Origin: a virus
Lineage: Duplodnaviria > Caudoviricetes
Reading direction: 5' to 3' (one strand)
Length of the DNA: 27,871 nucleotides
Virus record (IMG/VR): IMGVR_UViG_3300025167_000050
Location: 1 to 27,871 of that record
The notes under the pieces were generated by a model. It was not told the DNA's origin, searched no databases, and worked only from the letters and a program-made list of their open reading frames with translations. The translations under genes and the position numbers were made by a program. Positions within the stretch are counted from its first letter, which is position 1, and the number at the start of each line of letters is the position of its first letter. This document shows positions 19,558 through 26,410 of the stretch, piece by piece.

Positions 19558-20762
19558 ATTTCCATCCAGCTTTTGTGCAACGGAACGGAGGACCTTGCCG
19601 GAACGGGCACCAGCACGATGGCTGCCTTCGGCAATCGGGTGTGGAATGCCGCCTTTTCTGAAACGGTGTTTCCCGCACCGGGCACGTTGAGCCGCCTTCG
19701 TATCTTTTTGGAAAACGCAGTCGGTCCGGGTGAGTCTCGGACGTTCACTCTACGCATCAATGGCTCGGATACGGCGCTTACGGTCACGATCCCCGCGGGT
19801 GCCATCGAGGGCGAAGACCTTACAAATTCGGTGTCCGTTGTTGCGGGCGATCGGGTGCAATTACAGCAGACGGTAGTTGGCGTCACGAGCAATTACGCCG
19901 CCTGGTCCATGCGTTGGGTGCCGACTACCGAAGATTACACCGTCATGTGCTTAACCACCGATACCACGAAATTGGCGTCCGGTGCTGCAAGCAGCCAACA
20001 TCTGGTTCCATCAGGCTGCCAACACGGCCCATTGGCGACGACTTCGGATATCGGCCAAAGAGTCTATTTCCCAACCGGCGGCACACTTCGTTCCATGTAC
20101 GTAAAGCTGTCCGCGGCTCCGGGCACGATATCCGGGCGAACTCGCACGTTCACGCTGGTAAAGAACGGAACGGATACCGCCTTGCAGGTCGTCATCGACG
20201 GCAATACAACAACCGGAAATGATACAACCAATCCGTAGCCGACGGCGATTACGTCTACATCAAATCGGCGGTCGGCAGCCTCAGCGTCACGGCAGCCTGG
20301 GTCACTATTGGATTGGTATTTGAGCCGACGGTAAAAGGCCGATTTCTCGTGCCTTCGGCGGGCGATGCATTACTGCCCACGGACACCGCCGCCCGCGATC
20401 GGCATCCGTGCACCGCGGGCGCAGGATGGCTTGCGATTGATAGCCGTGCGTCCGAATCACGCGGCCAATTCATGCGCCTGCACCGCTGGCGAGTTCATCT
20501 GACTTCCGATCCGACAGGTATCGGCACTTGGAGTTTAGTTTCGATGGGTGGCGGCTCTGAGGGTTTATATCTTGTTTTCGCACATGGCGAATTCGACAAG
20601 GCCGTATCGGAAGAAAGGATTCTCGCCGACGATGAACGGCTGTTTATCAGGTGCTTCCCAATTAACATCGGCGATCCGGCCCTCAATAAGTCCAGGGCTT
20701 CGGGCACACACGAATGTTCCGTTGCATTTCTTCACGAAGGTCAGCACGGAGTCAATATCTGA
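19558..20762 (+). pseudogene. fibre-associated repeat-domain protein, frameshifted at ~20235 (ORFs 19573-20238 and 20313-20762 are one gene)
   Basis: Internal repeat GEDLTNSVSVVAGDRV corresponds to GNDTTN / VADGDYV, which is split across frames at AAT CCG TAG; apparent ATT start after SD GGGAG. Confidence 0.65.
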
Positions 20763-21016
20763 TGCCTCCCGTTGAATTCAAGAGTCCCGACGGTGGCGTA
20801 ACCGTAGATAAGGATGGAAACGTCCTGGTTGATCCGGACAAAGAGGGGCTGCCGAAGTCCCTATTGTCGTCGAGCTTCATACCCGAAGAGAATGATGTAG
20901 CAAGGGAAGCCGCCGTCCACTTCATCCACGAGAACGTTGTTGAATTGCCGGGCCGTTCAGAGAAGGTTGTTTGGTTGTACAGGATTCCCGTAAGCTTGAC
21001 TCGGATGACGCCGTAG
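20762..21016 (+). CDS. hypothetical protein
   Basis: ATG 20762 in TGATG overlap; 84 aa. Confidence 0.6.
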   Translation: MPPVEFKSPDGGVTVDKDGNVLVDPDKEGLPKSLLSSSFIPEENDVAREAAVHFIHENVVELPGRSEKVVWLYRIPVSLTRMTP

Positions 21017-21069
21017 GTACGCTGGAGTCTTGGCCGAGAGATGGCTGAGTACGATCTGGGAGACTTTCG

Positions 21070-21327
21070 ATAACCAATCGCGGTAAACAGATCGTTCAGA
21101 CTGCCAATGGGTGGCTCATCAAGGTCATCTTCGTTGCCATGCTGGGTTATCTCAGCCTATTAGCTACGGCCATGAGCAAGTCGCTTACTGAAATCATGCA
21201 GCGCATGTCAATCGCGGAAACACAGATCGCGGCCTTGAACGTGAACCTGGAGAGAATGAACGAAAGGTTCGACCTGTACTTCGGGAACTGGAAATATCGG
21301 ATACCGGATAGGATTGAGCAACCGTGA
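21070..21327 (+). CDS. holin-like membrane protein (1 TM + coiled coil; apparent ATA start)
   Basis: (M)TNRGKQIVQTANGWLIKVIFVAMLGYLSLLATAM + coiled coil; the tracked ATG 21139 lies mid-TM; SD GGGAG 7 nt before ATA 21070. Confidence 0.6.
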   Translation: MTNRGKQIVQTANGWLIKVIFVAMLGYLSLLATAMSKSLTEIMQRMSIAETQIAALNVNLERMNERFDLYFGNWKYRIPDRIEQP

Positions 21328-21512
21328 ATCCGAAACCAGAAGACGTGGTTTTCATTGTAAGCCGGATTATTTCCATCATCCGCATCGCGACACGGGCGAT
21401 GGAGTGTGTCATTGTCAAAAGTTACGGCCCGCTGAGGAACACGCTCGGCGAGATCGAAAATGAGTGCATTTCAATTCGCCAGGCGCTCGATATGGATAAA
21501 AGCGGCATATAA
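21324..21512 (+). CDS. hypothetical protein
   Basis: 62 aa, GTGA coupled. Confidence 0.6.
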   Translation: MNPKPEDVVFIVSRIISIIRIATRAMECVIVKSYGPLRNTLGEIENECISIRQALDMDKSGI

Positions 21513-21513
21513 T
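21508..21513 (+). promoter_or_regulatory. possible -10 box
   Basis: Perfect TATAAT 12 nt upstream of the structured element; no convincing -35; overlaps a stop codon. Confidence 0.35.
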
Positions 21514-21525
21514 CCTGTGATCCGC

Positions 21526-21680
21526 CAATAGGCGGCGGGTGCAGGGCTTGCGAGCCCGAAGAACTACGCAGGATTTCGGCACGGTGGTTGTCGTGACCGA
21601 GACGCTTGTGCAGTCGGCTCACTAGAGTGCCCCTGGGGAATGCGGATCGTAAAACGTGGTGACAATCCCGCCGCCTATTG
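21526..21680 (+). ncRNA. candidate structured non-coding RNA
   Basis: Perfect 14-bp inverted repeat CAATAGGCGGCGGG (21526-21539) / CCCGCCGCCTATTG (21667-21680) enclosing further stems; intergenic. Confidence 0.55.
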
Positions 21681-22229
21681 TTTGTCGTGCATGCATGGGA
21701 GGATGAGTCAAGCCAGCAATGGACGTACGCGGAAACGCGGGCGTTTTTCATCGAATTGTGTCTTCATCGAATGCGAGAGCTTAATGATCGACGGCCTTTG
21801 GATGCGATCGCCGATATCGTCTCCCGCATTCGATCCGTTCTGGATGGTAAATCCCGTGGGCGAAAGCCCGAGCTTGAATACGGTGGGGGAGCAGGAATGG
21901 ACTCTCACCCGTACGTCGTATTTCATGTTGATGTCTGGAAACAAATTCGACGATTCGTCCAAGGGATTGCCGCTTCGGTAGGTATTGAGCTATCTTATCG
22001 CCGACGCTACGATTTAGGTCGCGAACGAATCATCGTGGCTTTTCGACGAAAGGGAGAACATGAGCCGATGCTTGTGCTGGAAGAGGAGGAGGACGGAACA
22101 ACTACGAATCATGTCCCCTCAAGCAAGGGAAACCTACGAAAAAATCCGAGAATTACGCGACGCCACTGGCGCCTTGGAGTTCGACATCTGCAACGAACTT
22201 CGAAAATTGCGCGGCGAAGGCGAAAATGA
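21678..22229 (+). CDS. hypothetical protein
   Basis: Most protein-like of three overlapping frames; start uncertain (TTG 21678 or GTG 21687); C-terminus overlaps next ORF. Confidence 0.45.
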   Translation: MFVVHAWEDESSQQWTYAETRAFFIELCLHRMRELNDRRPLDAIADIVSRIRSVLDGKSRGRKPELEYGGGAGMDSHPYVVFHVDVWKQIRRFVQGIAASVGIELSYRRRYDLGRERIIVAFRRKGEHEPMLVLEEEEDGTTTNHVPSSKGNLRKNPRITRRHWRLGVRHLQRTSKIARRRRK

Positions 22230-22254
22230 ACATACACTTAACCCAGTTCCGTAA
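22060..22254 (+). CDS. hypothetical protein
   Basis: ATG with SD GGGAG; helical 64 aa; last + strand ORF before the convergence point. Confidence 0.45.
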   Translation: MSRCLCWKRRRTEQLRIMSPQARETYEKIRELRDATGALEFDICNELRKLRGEGENEHTLNPVP

Positions 22255-22287
22255 AACGCGATCACTCGGCGGCGAATCCGCATCCAG

Positions 22288-22632
22288 TCACAGTTCCCGA
22301 GTTCCCCACAGGGTTTCCCAGTACAAAGCCAAAGCTTTTGCTGATTGATAGAATGCGTCCTCTAGTGTTTCTCGTTCCTTGTTGCCGGTGATTGGGCCGA
22401 ATAAATCCGATTCTTCAACCATCTCTTGCACCAATTTCGGTAACATATGACACAGAACGCAGAGATCATTTGCAGCAGCTTCTAGTGCATATTTCAAAAT
22501 TGTTCTCTGGACATTCCCGTAATCGTCGGAATCTGAATCACAGTCGAACTTCTCACTATTCATTTCAATGCTGAAGCCAGGACCGCTAATCCGAACCGCA
22601 AATGGACTATCTGTTGATAAGTCAGATTTCAT
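22288..22632 (-). CDS. hypothetical protein
   Basis: 114 aa acidic ORF, SD GAGGAG, overlaps upstream Zn-finger ORF. Confidence 0.65.
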   Translation of the reverse strand: MKSDLSTDSPFAVRISGPGFSIEMNSEKFDCDSDSDDYGNVQRTILKYALEAAANDLCVLCHMLPKLVQEMVEESDLFGPITGNKERETLEDAFYQSAKALALYWETLWGTREL

Positions 22633-22786
22633 CCTTCGTTATCTCCTCTTCGCACCGTTCGCATCGTTCCGGCGTGCTCAACTCGTCGCAGTGCACGCAG
22701 TATTCTCGCCCGCAGCGACAACGCTGCGTTTCTTCGTAGCAGATCAGACAGGTGTCTTTCGGATGGATCGCGTACTTGCGTTTCAT
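22622..22786 (-). CDS. 54-aa 8-Cys zinc-finger protein (not in ORF track)
   Basis: MKRKYAIHPKDTCLICYEETQRCRCGREYCVHCDELSTPERCERCEEEITKDEI; ATGA coupled to upstream gene. Confidence 0.75.
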   Translation of the reverse strand: MKRKYAIHPKDTCLICYEETQRCRCGREYCVHCDELSTPERCERCEEEITKDEI

Positions 22787-23262
22787 TTCTTGTTGAAGTG
22801 CTTATCGGCGAGGCCTTGTAGAAGGCGCTCCGTACGGTCCGGTTTCCCCATGCGGCCCTCGGCAATTCCCCTCGAACGTATCAGGCGTTTTACGTTTACG
22901 GTATCCGTTGCGGCTTCCGTTGGATAGCTTTCTATTGCCGCCATAACCCGCAACAGGGCGTGCTTTGTTGCCCTCCGCGAGCGCTCGGTCCACGCCGTAG
23001 TAAGACCCAACACCAACAAAGCCACGCCCCCTCCGGCTTCCTTGCCGTTCACCGTATAAAACGTCTGCCGCACGTTTCCGCCGGCGGTAACGTTTGATTT
23101 CGTGCTCCCGTTGATTCCGCCCCAGCGCACGCCGAAGGGCACCGTGATCGCCGGCTTCTCAACGTGGATCGTCGAGCGGTCCATGCCCTTAGCGGCACAT
23201 CCGTAGGCGTACATCGCGATGGGGAAGATCAAGGCCAGTACGCCGAACCATTTCACGCTCAT
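22783..23262 (-). CDS. putative lipoprotein with second hydrophobic segment
   Basis: Signal peptide MSVKWFGVLALIFPIAMYAYG-C; internal GGGVALLVLGLTTAW followed by basic residues. Confidence 0.65.
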   Translation of the reverse strand: MSVKWFGVLALIFPIAMYAYGCAAKGMDRSTIHVEKPAITVPFGVRWGGINGSTKSNVTAGGNVRQTFYTVNGKEAGGGVALLVLGLTTAWTERSRRATKHALLRVMAAIESYPTEAATDTVNVKRLIRSRGIAEGRMGKPDRTERLLQGLADKHFNKK

Positions 23263-23278
23263 CGCCAGTGCTCGCTAT

Positions 23279-23350
23279 TGGCGGCGGCAGGAGTTGAACC
23301 TGCAAATTCCGGGTTATGAACCCGGCGGGATACCATTTCCCTACGCCGCA
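23279..23350 (-). tRNA. tRNA-Met(CAT), initiator (fMet) type
   Basis: Cloverleaf TGCGGCG TA GGGA AATGGTA TCCC G CCGGG TTCATAA CCCGG AATTT GCAGG TTCAACT CCTGC CGCCGCC A; 1:72 mismatch (U-C), three consecutive G-C pairs in the anticodon stem, purine11:pyrimidine24; CCA not encoded after A73. Confidence 0.93.
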
Positions 23351-23620
23351 ACGGTCGGGGGTGTCGTCGGACACACTACATCCGACATCTCCGCTGCAGC
23401 AGCGAATGATCGATCATTTACCACAAACGGCATGCTTGTGTTCTTGCACCAGACGTTCCCCCGTCTTATTGCTCCCGCCGTGGATCTGGCACCGTGGGGA
23501 GCGGCACGGCTTTGGAGTCAGAGGCTCACTCTGCCGGGTTCACAACCGTCAATGCCCGGATGCCCTTCGCCTCATCACGGCTTAGCCTGCAAAGCGTACG
23601 ACCATTCGTATCGGAGCGGC

Positions 23621-23920
23621 TCATGGTACAGGCGTCGGTACAACTGGGATTGGTTCCGCCGGCTCCGCCTTAACGAAGGGTGATTCAAGAGAAAGCGTTA
23701 ATTCAGATTCCGGTGCCCCCGTGCCCGCCGTGCTTACGTGGCCGAAGGAAATAGTCGTCCCGAAGCTGAACTCGAACTTCCCGTTATCCCTTGTTTTCAT
23801 CCCCATGTTTTGCGTGCAGCCTGCGAGAAGAATCACCGCCCCGGCGACGATGCACGCGATCACGACAAACGCGGGCCAGGCAGTCCCGTCCTTGATGGCT
23901 AGTTCATTCGTCCTCTTCAT
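23621..23920 (-). CDS. putative lipoprotein
   Basis: Hydrophobic segment ending in lipobox LAG-C; Pro-rich tail; start among ATG 23920/23923/23926. Confidence 0.7.
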   Translation of the reverse strand: MKRTNELAIKDGTAWPAFVVIACIVAGAVILLAGCTQNMGMKTRDNGKFEFSFGTTISFGHVSTAGTGAPESELTLSLESPFVKAEPAEPIPVVPTPVP

Positions 23921-23999
23921 CATCATCGTCCTTTTCGTCATCGTCCATCCCGTCCTTATTCTCCAGATCCTCGTCGCGTAATTCGTCTACTTCGCTCAT
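23904..23999 (-). CDS. 31-aa highly acidic peptide (not in ORF track)
   Basis: MSEVDELRDEDLENKDGMDDDEKDDDDEEDE; SD GGAG upstream. Confidence 0.6.
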   Translation of the reverse strand: MSEVDELRDEDLENKDGMDDDEKDDDDEEDE

Positions 24000-24009
24000 T
24001 AGATTCTCC

Positions 24010-24088
24010 AAAAAAAGGCCGCGCCATCCAGCGCACGCTTTTTGGAACGGATGTAATCATTCATCCCACGTACGGGTACTGGCGCGGC
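24010..24088 (-). terminator. long hairpin with U7 tract
   Basis: GCCGCGCCA/TGGCGCGGC stem, inner stems CGTACG/CGTGCG and GGATG/CATCC, followed by CTTTTTTT. Confidence 0.6.
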
Positions 24089-24099
24089 TATAGACGCCT

Positions 24100-24174
24100 T
24101 CAACCACCCAATGCGGTAAGTAGTGCTTGGATGAAGTCGAGCAACGGCTTGAGAAACGCAATCAACCACAGCAT
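24100..24174 (-). CDS. 24-aa hydrophobic peptide (not in ORF track)
   Basis: MLWLIAFLKPLLDFIQALLTALGG; SD GAAAGGG 7 nt upstream. Confidence 0.6.
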   Translation of the reverse strand: MLWLIAFLKPLLDFIQALLTALGG

Positions 24175-24199
24175 CGCAATACCCTTTCAAAAAACATCC

Positions 24200-24243
24200 A
24201 AAAAGGCCCCCGCCCTTTCTATATCGGGCCGAGCGGGGGCCTC
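24200..24243 (-). terminator. rho-independent terminator
   Basis: GGCCCCCGC..GCGGGGGCC stem followed by TTTTT on the - strand, just after the stop at 24268. Confidence 0.7.
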
Positions 24244-24267
24244 GGAGGGGAAAGAAGCCACATAAGT

Positions 24268-24543
24268 CTACCTCTTCGGTTTATCGGGGCAAGCCTTCCG
24301 CGATTGCTTTCCTTCGCAACCCTCCTTCGCTTGGATGCATGTCGACAAGTGGCTAACGTGGCCGCCGTTGGTCGTTAACCCGCGATGCTGGGCCCGCCAA
24401 GCTTCCTGGCGATCAGATCCAAAAAATTCGGGTTCAAGCTCATATTCACCCTCAGGCTGCGGCTCCGCGTCGAACGGGTGCGGCTTGCCTTTGAGCAGAG
24501 CCCAGATCAGTTCGGACCCGCAGCTTGCACAATGATCGATCAT
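24268..24543 (-). CDS. small Zn-binding phage protein
   Basis: CASCGSELIW..GKPHPFD..SHLSTC pattern; ATG 24543 in ATGA overlap. Confidence 0.75.
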   Translation of the reverse strand: MIDHCASCGSELIWALLKGKPHPFDAEPQPEGEYELEPEFFGSDRQEAWRAQHRGLTTNGGHVSHLSTCIQAKEGCEGKQSRKACPDKPKR

Positions 24544-24890
24544 TGCTGAAGCTCCCACTCGTTTTCGCAGTGGATCAGGGTGCAACAGCAAAACGCCACG
24601 CACCCGCAGTTTTGTGCAAGGGCGAGCCATGCAGCTTGGCCTGGCGTCGGTCTTCCACGCACCTTGCACTCCACCCCTATGAACTGCCCGTCCTTCGTGT
24701 ACCCGATGATGTCCGGGCTGCCCTTGGCGCCGTATCGGATGAAACGTCGCTTGCCTTTGTGCGTGAAGCTCGCAGCACCTGTGTTATTCCGCCACACATG
24801 GCAGCCGTTCCTTTCGAGGAATGCGATGCACTGCCGGATGAGCACGGCCTCGGTAAACTTAGGGATGCCGCGTTGTTTTGCCACGGTCAC
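24540..24890 (-). CDS. VRR-NUC domain nuclease (Holliday junction resolvase-like)
   Basis: TEAVLIRQC..WRNNTG..KGSPDIIG..FIGVECK..GRPTPGQAAWL; GTG 24890 in GTGA overlap. Confidence 0.88.
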   Translation of the reverse strand: MTVAKQRGIPKFTEAVLIRQCIAFLERNGCHVWRNNTGAASFTHKGKRRFIRYGAKGSPDIIGYTKDGQFIGVECKVRGRPTPGQAAWLALAQNCGCVAFCCCTLIHCENEWELQQ

Positions 24891-25075
24891 TTCTCTTCGA
24901 TAGCCTCCAGCAAGCGATCTAAGCGATAAAGCCGCTCTCCGCTCAGGCCACGGGCAACAAACCGCCAAACCCCTAACAACTCCGGTGTCATGGCTGGCGC
25001 ACCCATCATTCTCGCCAGTCGGTGTTCGATCAAGCACGTCCATCTCTCCCGTTCCGCCGTCGCTTTTTCGCTCAT
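24887..25075 (-). CDS. hypothetical protein
   Basis: 62 aa from ATG 25075; coupled on both sides. Confidence 0.55.
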   Translation of the reverse strand: MSEKATAERERWTCLIEHRLARMMGAPAMTPELLGVWRFVARGLSGERLYRLDRLLEAIEEK

Positions 25076-25141
25076 GCGGCAGTGCATCGTCGAACTATAC
25101 ACTCGATATTGATCAGCCAAGGAGCCATTGATCCTAAATTT

Positions 25142-25453
25142 TCACTCATTGGATTTTGCTTTCAAAAGATACAGCACGCCGGAATGATCTTTGTTCATCA
25201 CCAGTCCGATCGCCGGATAGCTCCACCCGGCATCACGCAGGATGCGTGCAAGTTTCCGGCGCATGGTTACCACCGATTTATCACGAACTCGGCCATCAGT
25301 AGTCACACAGGGGTACGCATGAGCGCCAGATTGTATGAGTGCCTCGCGCAATGTTGCGAGAATGCCGCTCGCTTGCTGCGGATCATAAACGAGTTGAAGC
25401 AACGCACAGAGCACCTCGGTGCGCAGGACCGTTTTTCGCTCGTTACTCGCCAC
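25142..25453 (-). CDS. DnaA C-terminal-like HTH protein
   Basis: GWSYPAIGLVMNKDHSGVLY resembles the DnaA domain IV S..IG..rDHttV motif; GTG 25453 with SD GAGGAG. Confidence 0.7.
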   Translation of the reverse strand: MASNERKTVLRTEVLCALLQLVYDPQQASGILATLREALIQSGAHAYPCVTTDGRVRDKSVVTMRRKLARILRDAGWSYPAIGLVMNKDHSGVLYLLKAKSNE

Positions 25454-26405
25454 TACGCTCCTCATCATCAACAATGGATGTTGCCATTGCCAGTTCAGGC
25501 GTCGGTGGGATCCGTTTCCCAAGTTCGATGGTCAGCGTTTTCTTACACATGGCATCGTAATCGGTGTGCCAGGCCGTGGGCGCCGGCTCCCATACTTCTC
25601 GATCCCGGAATTCCTTACCCTCAGCGAAAGAACGATCCCGGCGCGTAACATAATCGTCGTACTCGGCCTTTTTCTTCTCGTAGGCCTGCACCCGCTTCGA
25701 GCACGTCATGCGGTGATCGAAGTCCTTCCGTTCGAGCACGATGGTGAGTGTGGGTCCATCTTTCAGGCGACAGCACTGATATCCCGCGATAACGGAAATG
25801 CCCTCTTTTCGTGGCACACGGAAATTATGAATCGGAGTTAAGATGCCCTGGATCACTTGTACGGCGAATTCATCGCCTTGATAAACCAAGTAAGGGGGCG
25901 CAAAAAATGCCACCAGCGGATGCCGCTCGGCGATCACCTGCACGCCGCGGTAGCCGATTTGGAACTTTGCTTCGGTCCCGTAGGGGATCAGGTGTGCCAT
26001 ATTGCTGTCCGATTCGGGATAGAGGCCCAGCCGGGCGCACTTATAGACGGCTCGGAAAAGCGATTCGTTCGTACATCGGCCCAGTGCTTCGTTTGTTCTG
26101 AGGCAGTACAAGAAACTGCTTTTCAAACGTGCATAGTCGATGTACTGGCCGCAAAATGGTTCGATGTGCGCCTTGTGCCGCTCGATGTAATCGACGATGC
26201 CTTGCAGGGCGACCATTTCAGGGACGCGGCCGTGCTGCAAAGGTGCTGCCTTCGGCTCGGCCTTCGCCAGGGGAGTCTGGCTCGGAGGCGGCGTCACGGA
26301 CGGTTGCGGTGCCGGCTTGGCCGGCACGGCCGCAGGTACGTTGGTTGACGGCGTTAAAAGATCGTTGACTTCTGAATCGTGCGGAATCGGTTCAATTCTC
26401 GCCAT
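25443..26405 (-). CDS. recT: RecT-family single-strand annealing protein
   Basis: LGRCTNESL..CARLGLYP..AHLIPYG..FQIGYRG, VYQGDEF, WHTDYDAMCKKT. Confidence 0.92.
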   Translation of the reverse strand: MARIEPIPHDSEVNDLLTPSTNVPAAVPAKPAPQPSVTPPPSQTPLAKAEPKAAPLQHGRVPEMVALQGIVDYIERHKAHIEPFCGQYIDYARLKSSFLYCLRTNEALGRCTNESLFRAVYKCARLGLYPESDSNMAHLIPYGTEAKFQIGYRGVQVIAERHPLVAFFAPPYLVYQGDEFAVQVIQGILTPIHNFRVPRKEGISVIAGYQCCRLKDGPTLTIVLERKDFDHRMTCSKRVQAYEKKKAEYDDYVTRRDRSFAEGKEFRDREVWEPAPTAWHTDYDAMCKKTLTIELGKRIPPTPELAMATSIVDDEERSGE

Positions 26406-26410
26406 GCGAA

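Noticed and set aside
18226-20238. TAA readthrough fusing the fibre to the next in-frame ORF
   Set aside because: The fibre ends in a natural C-terminal domain, TAA-A is an efficient stop, and an SD precedes the downstream gene
7388-21016. Genome-wide TAG reassignment
   Set aside because: Long genes have no internal TAG; reading through TAG at 9079, 11138 or 20236 gives implausible fusions or off-frame sequence; no suppressor tRNA seen
21526-21680. Retron msr-msd
   Set aside because: Terminal inverted repeats fit, but there is no adjacent reverse transcriptase and no long msd-type hairpin
21640-21981. 113-aa alternative frame with GGGAGG next to an ATG
   Set aside because: SD has zero spacing and the translation is less protein-like than the 21678 frame; not fully excluded
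23560-23585. Hammerhead ribozyme core (TGATGA..GAA on - strand)
   Set aside because: Lacks CUGAUGA followed by stem II and GAAA
23219-23683. 154-aa + strand ORF
   Set aside because: Antisense to the tRNA and - strand genes; no recognisable motifs
23999-24190. 63-aa ORF from the track
   Set aside because: TTG start without SD, runs through the hairpin/U tract; the 24-aa ORF in another frame has a good SD and ATG
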